Of a stretch of DNA of 64,000 nt, positions 20,667-31,214 are shown piece after piece (the first letter of the stretch is position 1; every line of letters starts with the position of its first letter). A model generated the notes under the pieces. That model did not search any database, had not been told where the DNA came from, and saw only the letters and a program-made list of their open reading frames with translations. The position numbers and the translations under genes were made by a program. The DNA lies in the NCBI GenBank assembly GCA_037481655.1, contig JBBFLF010000005.1:76193-140192 (forward strand), given 5' to 3'. Source of the stretch: Desulfobaccales bacterium (lineage in GTDB: Bacteria > Desulfobacterota > Desulfobaccia > Desulfobaccales > 0-14-0-80-60-11).

Positions 20667-21150
20667 ATGCCCCGCCTCCAACGCCGGCTCATTTCTCTCG
20701 CACCCACGATTCTCTCTTTTCCCCATCTTGATGCGGTGTTCGCCCTGCCTTTCACCGGGGTGGTGGATCTCCGGCGGTTCCCATCCCTGGGCTTGGGCTC
20801 TCATTTTGGGCCAAGACTGCTCTACCGCTATGTGGTCATGGTGGGTTTTACCCTGCTGTCCTTCCTGGTCCTGTTGGTCAATTTGGGGAAGGCCACGCAG
20901 TTTTCAGGCCGGGGGTCGGTGGGTGAAGCCAAGCCAGCCTCAGGATTGCGGCGCGGCTGTCAGGTGCTGGAGTTCTTTTGCTGACGGTCGCTGAGATTTT
21001 GTTGCGTCCCCTCGCTCTTCGTGGCGGTCTTCGTCATCTTCTCCCTTTTCCAGCCTTGGCAAAACGCCCTGCTTTACGTGTTCGCTCCCGCCGCAGGCCT
21101 GGTTACCTTCCCGGAAGATGTTTTCAAGGCTCAACGATTCTACCTTAGCG
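20667..21150 (+). pseudogene. Decayed 5' fragment, paralogous to the first ~160 codons of the UPF0182 gene at 28589
   Basis: Colinear nucleotide and protein similarity to 28589-29075 (MPRLQRRLISLAPTILS.. vs MSRLRRWLIILAATILS..; LLYRYVV, PASGLRRG, LLYVFAPAAGL shared). In-frame TGA at 20982-20984. Truncated at the adaptor gene. Confidence 0.75.
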
Positions 21151-21167
21151 ACACGAAAGGCTTATCC

Positions 21168-22348
21168 ATGCTCACCACCAGAGATTCCCGGCGGAGGTTT
21201 TTCCAGCAGCTTACCTTGGTCGGGCTCAGTCTTTCCCTCCTTTTCGTTGGGGCGTGTGGCTCCAAAGAATCAGCCCCATCCCCCGGGGCCCTCCGGTCGC
21301 CGGCGGTGGTGGTGACGGAGGTAGTCCCGCAAACTGTGCCCATCAGCCGGGAGTTCGTGGCCCGCACCGAAGCCCGGGAGACCGTGGAGATCCGGTCCCA
21401 GGTGGAGGGTTTCCTGGAGAAGGTCTTTTTCAAAGAGGGCAGTAAGGTCCAGGCCGGGCAGTTGATTTTCCTCATCGACCAAAGGCCTTATAAGGCGGCG
21501 TTGCTGGACGCCAAAGGACAGCTGGCCCAGGCCAAAGCCGCCTACGGCAAGGCCAACAAAGACATCGAGCGCCTGAAACCCCTGGTGGCCGCCAACGCCG
21601 CCCCCCGCCAGGACCTGGACAAGGCTGAATCCGAGGCCGAGTTCAGCCGGGCCGCCATTGAACGGGGCAAAGCGGCGGTGGCCCGGGCCGAGCTGGATTT
21701 GAAATTCACCGAGATCCGGGCCCCCCTGACCGGGGTCATCGGCAAGGAGGAAGTGGCGGTGGGGAACTTGGTCATGAGGAACCAGACCCTGCTGACCACC
21801 ATCTCCTCCTGGGACCCCATGCGGGTGGGTTTCAGCCTCAGCGAGAAAGACTATCTGCTTCTGGCCGAGAGGCTGCCGCACCTCCGGGCCCAATCCGAAC
21901 GGGACCGGGGCACCCCCTTCGAACTGCTCCTGGCCGACGGCTCCCTCTATCCCCACCGGGGCCGGCTCAGCTTCGTGGACCGGGCCCTGGACCTGACCAC
22001 CGGCACCCTGAGGATCTATGTGACCTTCCCAATCCCGACAATGTCCTCAAGCCGGGCCTGTTCGGCCGGGTGCGTCTGACCGTGGAGGAAAGGCCCAACA
22101 CGCTCCTGGTGCCTCAGAAGGCGGTGCAGAGGATGCAGGGGGTGGAGGCAGTCTTGGTGGTGGATCAGGAAAACCGGGTTTCCCTGCGTGCCGTCACCCT
22201 GGGGGAGCGTTACCAGGACTCGTTTATCGTCACCGACGGGTTGAAGCCCGGGGAAAGGATTATCGTGGAGGGCCTGCAAAACGCCGTTCCGGGGCAGAAA
22301 GTGGCGCCCATCGAAGAGCCCCTCGGCCAGGAACAGAAGGGAGGCTGA
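21168..22348 (+). pseudogene. RND efflux periplasmic adaptor (MFP) lipoprotein, split by a 1-nt frameshift
   Basis: Lipobox LLFVGAC plus hairpin and lipoyl-like regions. Reading frame breaks at the C-run 22028-22030: FP|NPDNVLKPGLFGRVRL continues in the 22070..22348 ORF frame. Confidence 0.8.
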
Positions 22349-22354
22349 GGGGTC

Positions 22355-25300
22355 GTGTCGACATTCTTCATTCACCGGCCCATTTTTGCCATCGTCATCG
22401 CCCTGGTGATCCTCATTGCCGGGGCGGTGGCCATTGTCAACCTGCCCATCGCCCAGTATCCCCCCATCAGCCCCCCCACAGTGACGGTGGAGACCTTTTT
22501 CGTGGGGGCCAGCGCCCGGGTGGTGGAGGAAAACGTGGCGGTGCCCATCGAGCAGGAAGTGAACGGCGCCGAGAATATGCTTTATATGTCCTCCAGCAGC
22601 ACCAGCGACGGCCGCTACTTCCTTACCTGCACCTTCGCGGTGGGCACCGACATCGACATCGCCCAGGTGGACGTGCAAAACCGGGTGAACCGGGCCGATC
22701 GGGCCCTGCCGGCGGAGGTCAAGGGCTTCGGCATCACCGTGAAGAAGGCTCCCCGGACATGCTCATGGTGATCTCCCTGTTTTCTCCCCAGGGCACCTAC
22801 GACGATTTGTTTCTGAGCAACTTCGCCCTCCTGAACCTCTATGATCCCCTGTCCCGGGTGAACGGGGTGGGGGACATCACCATCGTGGGGGAGCGGGAAT
22901 ACGCCATGCGGCTCTGGATCCGGCCCGACCGGCTGGCGGCCCTGGGGCTGACGGCCAGGGACATCGCCCAGGCGGTGCGGGACCAGAACGTCCAGGCACC
23001 GGCCGGCCAGGTGGGCCAGCCGCCCGCCAAGGCCGGCGTGAGCTTCCAATACAGTGTGGACATCAAAGGGCGGCTCACCGAAAAAGAGGAATTTGACAAC
23101 ATCATCATTCGCACCCTGCCCGACGGGTCGGTGCTCAGGGTGCGGGACGTGGCCGACACCGAGCTGGGGGCCCGGCGTTATACCTCCTTCTCCCGGCGGG
23201 CCGGCCAGCCCGCCACCACCATGGTGATCTACCAGTTGCCGGGGGCCAATGCCCTGGAGGTGGCCGCCAACATCCGGGCCTTCATGGAAGAGGTCAAAAA
23301 GGGCTTTCCGCCTGGGCTGGAGTACGAGGTCTCCTACGACAACACCCTCTTTGTCCGGGCGGCCCTCACCGAAGTGGTCTTCACCCTGTTCAAGGCCCTG
23401 GGGCTGGTCATGCTGGTGGTGTTCATCTTTCTGGGGAATTTCAGGGCCATGCTGGTTCCCATGCTGGTGGTGCCCGTCTCCCTGGTGGGCACCTTTGCCG
23501 CCTTCCTGGGGTTGGGGTTTTCCATCAACACCCTGTCGCTCTTCGGCCTGGTCCTGGCCATCGGCTCGGTGGTGGACGACGCCATCGTGGTGGTGGAGGC
23601 GGTCAAGACCCACATGGCGGAGGGCTTGAGTTCCCTGGAAGCCACCCTCAAGGCCATGGACGAGGTCACCAAGCCCATCATCGGGGTGGCTTGCGCCCTC
23701 ATTTCGGTGTATGTGCCGGTGGCTTTTTTAGGTGGCATCGTCGGTCAGCTCTATCGGCAGTTCGCCCTCACCCTGTGCGTGGCCGCCACCCTGTCCATTG
23801 TCCTGGCCCTGACCGTCACCCCGGCCCTGTGCGTGCTGATTCTGCGCCCCAAGAAAAAGATCCGGGGGCCGCTGGGCGCGTTTCTGGAAGGGTTTGACCG
23901 GTTCTTCAGCCGCACTTCGGAGGGCTATCTCAACGGGGTGCAGTTTCTCATCCGCCGCCTGGGTCTGGCCCTGGTGCTGCTGGCGGCGGTTTATGTCGGC
24001 GCCGGCAGCCTGTTGCGGGCCCTGCCCGGGGGCTTGGTGCCGGACGAAGACCAAGGGGTGGTGTTCGCCACCTTCACCTTACCGCCGGGGGCTTCTCTGG
24101 AACGCACCGAGGCGGTTTTGACCCGGGGAGAGCGGTTCGCCGCCGGCTTGCCGGGGGTCCAGACCGTCCTGGGCTGGGGCGGCTTTAACCTCATGACCAG
24201 TTCCTTCGCCTCGGATGCCGCCACCCTGGTCATGACCCTGGCGCCCTGGGAGAAGCGCACCTCCCCGGAGACCCAGATCACCGCCATCATGCAGCGCTTG
24301 CGAAGGGAATTCGCCTCTTATCCGGAGGCCCGGGCCTTTGTCTATTCTTTGCCCTCCATTCCCGGCATGGGCAACGTCAGCGGCTTCCAGTACATGCTCC
24401 AGGACCGGGCCGCCCAACCGCCCGAGGCCCTCTTTCAGGCGGCCCAGGGGATGGTGGCCGCGGCCTCCCGGGAACCGGCCATCGCCGTGCTGTTCAATAC
24501 CTTTCAGGCCAACGTGCCCCAGGTGAAGCTGGAGGTGGACCGGGACAAGGTCCAGACCCTGGGGATTCCCCTAAGAAGCGTGTTCGACGGTCTGCAGCTC
24601 TACCTGGGCGGCTATATGATCAATGATTTCAACAAATTCGGCCGGGTGTACCGGGTCATGGTCCAGGCCAGGCCTGAGTTCCGCCGGACCCCAGAGGACA
24701 TCGCCAATATCTATGTGCGCAATGCCACGGGCCAGATGGTCCCTTTAAGCACCCTGGTGCAGGTGGGGTCCCAGACCGGCCCCATCCTGCTCAACCGCTA
24801 TAACATGTTCCGGGCCGCCGAACTCACGGGCCAGAACGCCCCGGGATATAGTTCCGGGGACGCCATCGCCGCCATGGAGCGCCTGTCCCGAAACCTTCCC
24901 CGGGGTTTCGGGTTTGAATGGACCGGGCTGGCCTTTCAGGAGAAACTGGCGGGCGGCCAGACGGTCTATATCTTCGCCTTTTCGCTGCTCTTTGTGTTTT
25001 TGACCCTGGCCGCTCTGTATGAAAGCTGGGCCATTCCCCTGGGGGTGCTCTTGGGCCTTCCCATTCCGGTCTTCGGGGCTCTCCTCGGGGTGTGGGCCCG
25101 GGGGCTGGCCAATGATGTCTACGTCCAGGTGGGCATTGTCATGCTCATCGGCCTCAACGCCAAGCTCTCCATCATGATTGTGGAATTTGCCCGCAACAAG
25201 CGGGACCTGGAGGGCTTTGCCACCTTTGCCGCAGCCACCGAGGGGGCCCGCCTGCGCTTCCGGGCCATCGTCATGACCGCGCTGGCGGAAGTGGTGGGTT

Positions 25301-25533
25301 TAATGCCTCTGCTCCTGGCCAGCGGCGCCGGGGCTGCGGCCCGCTGGTCGGTGGGCACCGCCATTGTGGCCGGCATGGCCATGGCCACCCTCTTGAGCGT
25401 CTTTTTCATCCCGGTGCTGTATTACGCCGTGGTCACCCTGACGGAAAAGGTGGGCGGGCGAAGGGCCCTGAGACTGCCAGGCGGGCCGGAGCAGGCGCCG
25501 GCGGGCCCCGGCGAACCGGGAGGTCACCCATGA
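22355..25533 (+). pseudogene. RND (AcrB/HAE1-type) inner-membrane efflux pump, split by a 1-nt frameshift
   Basis: MSTFFIHRPIFAIVIAL start and full-length AcrB-like body. Frame breaks at the C-run 22751-22754 (..GITVKKA|.PDMLMVISLFSP..). Confidence 0.85.
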
Positions 25534-26993
25534 AACTGAGGGCGCTGATCGTCGTCGTCCTGCTCCTGGCCGGTTGCTCCCTGGCGCCTCCATACTCCCG
25601 CACTCCCGGCGAGGTGCCCCAGGAATATCGCTTCCAGTCCTTGCAGGGGCAACCCCGACCCGAACTCCAAACCCTGGCGGATCTGGCCTGGTGGGAGATC
25701 TTCGGCGACCCGGAGCTGCAGCACCTCATCCGCACCGCGCTGGAGCAGAACTATGACGTCCAACTGGCCGCCGCCCGGGTGGCCGAAGCCCGGGCCCGGG
25801 TGGGGGTGAGCCGCTCCCTGTGGCTGCCCCAGGCAGGGGGCGCCTACGCCTTCCAAAGGCAGCGTTTCTCCGAAAAGAGTTTCCCGCCTTTCCCTGCCAC
25901 GGTGCCGCCCACGGGCAATATCAATCAGCTCAGTCTGGATCTGTTCTGGGAGATTGACCTCTTCGGCCGGCTGCGCAGCCTCACCCAGGCGGCTCAGGCC
26001 GAGTTATTGGCCTCCGAGTGGGCGCAGCGGGCTGTTTTGGCCTCGGTGGTGGCCGAAGTGGCCCAGGCTTATTTCGAACTGCGCACCTTGGATGAACAGC
26101 TGCTGATTGCCCAGGCCACCCAGAAATCCTTCGAGAATTCCCGCAAGCTGGTGCTCCTTAGGTTTGAGCGGGGGGTGGTGTCCGGCCAGGATGTGGCCCA
26201 GGTGGACGCCCTGGTGCATACCGCCGGGGCCAGGATCGCTGCCCTCAAGCGCCAGATCGCCCTGCAGGAAAACCGCCTCTGCCTCCTGTTGGGCCTTAAC
26301 CCCCAGCCCGTCAAGCGGGGCAAGCCCCTGGCCGAGCTGGTGGTGCGGAGCACGGTGCCGGCCGGCCTGCCCTCGGCCCTCCTCGAGCGGCGGCCGGACA
26401 TCCGCCAGGCCGAGGAGGTGCTGAAGGCCGCCAATCACCGCATCGGCGCAGCCCGGGCCGAGTTTTTCCCCCGCATCACCCTCACGGGTCTGTTTGGCCG
26501 CCAGAGCGCCGAGCTGGCCGACCTGTTCACCGGACCGGCCAAGATCTGGAGCATCGGCCCGTCGGTGACCCTCCCCATCTTCACCGGCGGGCGCAATTAT
26601 TTCCTGCTGCAAGACGCCAAGGCCAAGAAAGAGCAGGCCTTGGTCCTTTATCAATTCACGGTTCGCCAGGCCTTCCGGGAGGTGGCTGACGGCCTCATCG
26701 GTCATGCCCAGCTCCATGAAGTCCGCAAGGAGCAGGAGGCCTTGGTGAAAAGCAATCTGGATTACTCCCATCTGGCCAACCTGCGCTACAAGGGCGGCCT
26801 GGAGTCTTTCCTGGCGGTGCTGGACGCCGACCGCCAGCTCTTTGCCACCCAACTGGACCTGGCGGCGGCACAGCGGGACCAACTTCTCACCCTCGTGCAA
26901 CTCTATAAGGCCCTGGGGGGCGGCTGGGAAACCCGGGGCCGGCCCCAGGAGCAGGCCCAGGCGGTTCCTGCCCCTGCCAGAGCGGGGAACTGA
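25530..26993 (+). CDS. Outer-membrane efflux lipoprotein, NodT/OprM family
   Basis: 487 aa with lipobox LLLAGCS and two OEP repeats. ATGA overlap with the pump gene. Confidence 0.85.
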   Translation: MKLRALIVVVLLLAGCSLAPPYSRTPGEVPQEYRFQSLQGQPRPELQTLADLAWWEIFGDPELQHLIRTALEQNYDVQLAAARVAEARARVGVSRSLWLPQAGGAYAFQRQRFSEKSFPPFPATVPPTGNINQLSLDLFWEIDLFGRLRSLTQAAQAELLASEWAQRAVLASVVAEVAQAYFELRTLDEQLLIAQATQKSFENSRKLVLLRFERGVVSGQDVAQVDALVHTAGARIAALKRQIALQENRLCLLLGLNPQPVKRGKPLAELVVRSTVPAGLPSALLERRPDIRQAEEVLKAANHRIGAARAEFFPRITLTGLFGRQSAELADLFTGPAKIWSIGPSVTLPIFTGGRNYFLLQDAKAKKEQALVLYQFTVRQAFREVADGLIGHAQLHEVRKEQEALVKSNLDYSHLANLRYKGGLESFLAVLDADRQLFATQLDLAAAQRDQLLTLVQLYKALGGGWETRGRPQEQAQAVPAPARAGN

Positions 26994-27157
26994 CTGGTGG
27001 GAGGAGGGCCCGGGCGCCGTTGCCCCTGGCCCCTTCCCGCCAAAACAACTTTTCATGACCCACAGTTTAAACAACTTAACTTTGATTGGCTCCCCTCAGG
27101 GGCTAATGCCAGCATAGGGGCCAGGTGAGTTCAGCCTTCAGTTTCAGGACGATGGGG

Positions 27158-28402
27158 ATGAAGCGCATTCTCGCCGGGAAATGGGGTGGGTGTCTCAGGG
27201 TAGTGTATTTTCTGGCCAGCCTGAGTTTTTCAGGGTTTCTCCTCCAGGGCTGCGCCATCTTGGCGAGGCCGTATAAGCCGCCGCCGGCCGCCCTGGAAAA
27301 TCAGGTCCAGGTCCCGGGGTTGCCTGGAGTGCGGGCCTGGGGGGATGAGATCAGCCCCAGCTTAGAGAGAAGCGCCCTCGAATCCCTGGAGCAGGAAAAG
27401 GCGGCCAACCAGGGGAAGCTGGAACCGGTTCTCCACGTGCTGGCCTTATCCGGCGGCGGGGCCGAGGGGGCCTTTGGGGCCGGCATCCTCTGCGGCTGGA
27501 GCCAGACCGGCACCCGGCCCCGCTTCAAGCTGGTGACCGGCATCAGCACCGGGGCCCTCATGGCTCCCTTGGCCTTTCTTGGGCCGGCCTACGATGACCG
27601 GTTGAAAAAGTTTTACACCACCATCTCCGACCAGGACATTTATCAGTCCTTTGGACCCGTGGCGATATTGTTGTCCTTCGCTAATCTCAAAGCCCTCCCC
27701 TCGCTGGCCGACACCCGCCCCTTGGTGCAATTGGTGGAGAAAACCATCGACGACCGCATGCTCCAGGAGATCGCCCAGGAGCATTTAAAAGGGCGGCGCC
27801 TGCTCATCGGGACCACCCAACTGGACGCCCAGCGCCTGGTGATCTGGGACATGGGGGCCATCGCGGCCAGCGGCCATCCCCAGGCCCTCCCCCTGTTCCG
27901 CAAAATCCTGGTGGCCTCGGCCGCCATTCCGGGGATGTTTCCCCCGCAATACTTCGACGTGGAGGCAGGGGGCGAACGGTTTCAGGAGATGCATGTCGAT
28001 GGCGGCACCAGGGTCCAGGTTATGCTGTATGAGGCCGCCATCAGCCTCTTCGCCGTCCGGAGCAAGCGCCCCCGGCAACTCTTCATCATCCGCAATGAGC
28101 AGGTCCACCCGGAATGGCAGAAAGTCAAGCCCCAGTTGAAGCACATCGCCACCCGGGCCATAGACACCCTACTCAAATCCCAGGGCGTGGGCGACCTCTT
28201 CCGCCTCTACGTCTATGCGAAACGGGACCGGTTTGACTATAACCTGGCCTACATCCCGGCGAGTTTCACCGTCAGGCCCACCTCCGCCTTTGATACGGCC
28301 TACATGAATCGGCTCTTTCAACTGGGTTATGACCTGGCCTGCTGCGGCTATTCCTGGAGCAAGCAGCCGCCGGGTTTCGATCCTGCCCCGGAAGGGGAAT
28401 AA
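27158..28402 (+). CDS. Patatin-like phospholipase, predicted lipoprotein
   Basis: Lipobox LLQGC, oxyanion motif SGGGAEGAFGAG, nucleophile elbow GISTGA and a downstream DGG motif. Confidence 0.8.
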   Translation: MKRILAGKWGGCLRVVYFLASLSFSGFLLQGCAILARPYKPPPAALENQVQVPGLPGVRAWGDEISPSLERSALESLEQEKAANQGKLEPVLHVLALSGGGAEGAFGAGILCGWSQTGTRPRFKLVTGISTGALMAPLAFLGPAYDDRLKKFYTTISDQDIYQSFGPVAILLSFANLKALPSLADTRPLVQLVEKTIDDRMLQEIAQEHLKGRRLLIGTTQLDAQRLVIWDMGAIAASGHPQALPLFRKILVASAAIPGMFPPQYFDVEAGGERFQEMHVDGGTRVQVMLYEAAISLFAVRSKRPRQLFIIRNEQVHPEWQKVKPQLKHIATRAIDTLLKSQGVGDLFRLYVYAKRDRFDYNLAYIPASFTVRPTSAFDTAYMNRLFQLGYDLACCGYSWSKQPPGFDPAPEGE

Positions 28403-28588
28403 GCCGCCCCTTGGGCAAGGCGGGTCCGCTAAAATCATGAATATTTCAAGACCCACGGAGCTTGACGCGCAATTATAAATCCAGAAGCGGTAGTGATGAT
28501 ACATGCGGGAAAATGTGTGACCTATTTGTTCAACCGGCAAAATCCCAAGATCCTCAGCTCACGGATTGCTTGATGTGGAGATTCTGAT

Positions 28589-31179
28589 ATGTCCCGCCTT
28601 AGACGCTGGCTCATTATTCTGGCAGCCACGATCCTCTCTCTTGGCCTTCTCTATGTGGTGTTTGCCCTGCTCTTCACTGAGTTTGTGGTGGATCTCTGGT
28701 GGTTCCAATCCCTGGGCTACGGCTTTTATTTTTGGCAAAGGCTGCTGTATCGCTACGTAGTTTTGGTGGGTTTTAGCCTGCTGTTCTTTCTGATCATATT
28801 TGCCAATTTTTGGGGGGCCAGGCAGTTTGTGGGCCGGGCGCCGGTGGCGGAGACCGAGCCGGCCTCAGGACTCCGCCGGGGCTACCGGCGCCTCGTAGAG
28901 TACTTTTGCCGGCAGTCGCTCACCTTTTGCCTCCTCTTCTCTTTGCTGGTGGCGGTCTTCGTCGCCTTCCCCCTGTTCCTCCATTGGGAAGAGGCCCTGC
29001 TGTACGTGTTCGCGCCCGCCGCCGGCCTGCAGGATCCGTTTTTCGGCCGGGATGTCAGCTACTACCTTTTTTCCCTGCCCATTTATCAACTCTTGCTCCA
29101 GGAGCTGTTGCTGGCCGTGGCCTTCATCTTCCTGGGGGTTGGCCTGCTGTACTGGCGGGAGAGCCGCCTCCTGGCCGGGCAGGGGCTGCCCCTGCCCTGG
29201 GGCGCCAAGGTGCACCTGAGCCTCTTGGCCGGCCTCATCTTTCTCATCGGGGCTTGGTTTTTCATCCTTCACCGGCATCAGGTGGTGTATGACCCCGCCA
29301 ATATGCCGTTGTTTTTCGGCCCTGGGTTCACTCAGATGCGGGTCATCGTGCCCCTCCTTTGGCTGGCCATCGCCTTGTTGCTGGCCGTGGCGGTCTCCTT
29401 CATCTATTTCCTGCTGACCCGCAAGGGCTTAAAGATATTGTGGCTGGCCGTGGCCTTGTTTTTACTGGCCCTGGGGGCGTTGTACTCCCCGGTGTTGCCC
29501 TCTCTGGTCCAGAAATACATTGTGGCTCCCAACCGAATCGTGCGGGAAAGAAGTTTCATCGCCCGCCACATTGAGGCAACCCTGGCCGCCTATGATCTGG
29601 CCCGGGTGGAAACGACTACCCCATCAGCGCACTGCCCTGGGACGTCCGCTCCCCCAAACTTCAGGCCACCCTGCGCAACATCCCGGTGTGGGAAGCGGAA
29701 AAGCTCACCGAGGTTTTCCGGCACCTCCAGTCCCTGCGCACCTACTATGATTTCCTCTCCGTGGACGTGGACCGCTATCTGGTGAACGGCGTCTCTCAGC
29801 AAGTGTTTCTCGCGGGCCGGGAGTTAAACCTGCGCAAGCTGCCCGCGGCGGCGCAAAACTGGGTGAACGAGCGCCTGATGTACACGCATGGCAATGGCGC
29901 GGTGATGATCCAGGCGGCCCAGGAGGGGGATGCCCCCATCACCTGGTTCCTGCGGGACATCCCGCCCCGCTCCAACTTTGGCCTGGAAATTGAGCAGCCG
30001 GCGCTCTATTACGGCCTCGGGGATTATGCTCCGGTCATCGTCCCCAATGACAGTCGGGAGATCGGCCCCCCCCTTAATGGCTCCAACCTGATGGTGGACT
30101 ATGGCGGCACAGGTGGGGTGCCGGTGTCCTCCTTTTTCCGCAAGCTCATTTTTGCGGTGTATTTTCAAGAACGGAACATCTTTTTTACCACCAAGACCAA
30201 TAATAAAAGCCGGATACTGTTCCGCCGCAACATCGTCGAGCAAATCAAGACTTTAACTCCCTTCTTGGTATTGGACAAAGACCCTTATATTGTCGTGACC
30301 CCCGAGCGGCTCTATTGGATACAGGATGCCTATACGGTCTCCAATCGCTACCCCGGCTCCCAGCCTTTCAATAAACAAATGAATTATATCCGCAACTCCG
30401 TGAAAATCGTCATAGACGCTTATAACGGCACGGTGGACTATTACCTGGCGGAACCCCAAGACCCCATAGTCCGGGCTTACAGCCGCATCTTCCCGGGGCT
30501 TTTGAAAGGCATGGACCGCATGCCGGCTGAGTTGGCCTCCCATGTGCGGTATCCCAAAGGCATGTTTGACATCCAGATGGCCATCTTTGCCAAATATCAC
30601 CAAACCGATCCGGAGGTCTTTTTCAAACAGGAGGACCTCTGGGAATTCGCGGTCACCACCTCCGAGGGCCAGGCCACCCGAATCGAACCGCATTACTTCA
30701 CGCTCAACATCCTGGACAAGGAAAAGGATGAGTTCATCCTGCTCACCCCCATGCTTCCCAAGGGGCAGACCAACCTCCGGGCCATGGTGGTGGCGGGCTG
30801 CGATAAGCCAAACTACGGAAAAATCGTGGTCTTCAACTTTCCCCGGGGCACCCTGGTCGTGGGCCCCCAGCAGGTGGAGGCTTTCATCCATCAGGACACC
30901 ACCATCTCCCAGCACTTCACCCTGTGGAACCAGATGGGTTCCCGGGTGGCCCGGGGGAAAATGATCCTCCAGCCCATCGGCGATGCCATTGTTTATGTCC
31001 AGCCGGTATACCTTGTGGCGACGGAGGGCATCGGGATTCCCCAGCTCAAGCGCATCATTCTCTGCAAGGGGGAATCGGTGGTCATGGAACCCTCCCTGGC
31101 CCAAGGGCTGGAAGCCCTCAATGCACGCCTGCAAAATACCCGGGCAGGCGCGGCGGGGCTCTCCCCCCCGGCGCCGTGA
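28589..31179 (+). pseudogene. UPF0182-family large membrane protein, interrupted by a 1-nt frameshift
   Basis: ORFs 28589..29785 and 29686..31179 are N- and C-halves of one ~860-aa protein. Frames switch at GTGGAAACGAC (A-run 29610-29612): ..AAYDLARVE|NDYPISALPWDVRSPKLQATLRNIPVWEAEKL.. Confidence 0.8.
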
Positions 31180-31214
31180 GCCTGAGGTGACATCTCCCCA
31201 CAAAGGCCAGCATC

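Noticed and set aside
21021-21167. N-terminal extension of the RND adaptor (track ORF starts at 21021, in frame with the UPF0182 fragment), i.e. a chimeric fusion protein
   Set aside because: The extension is the tail of the decayed UPF0182 copy. The adaptor has its own ATG at 21168 followed directly by a lipoprotein signal peptide, so the in-frame continuity is most likely coincidental.
27158-28402. Patatin phospholipase as a CBASS or other anti-phage effector
   Set aside because: No cyclase, sensor, or other defence partner is adjacent. The protein has a lipoprotein export signal and sits behind an efflux operon.
29606-29614. Programmed -1 ribosomal frameshift in the UPF0182 gene
   Set aside because: There is no slippery heptamer or stimulatory structure. 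The lesion is a simple A-run length difference, like the C-run lesions in the two efflux genes.
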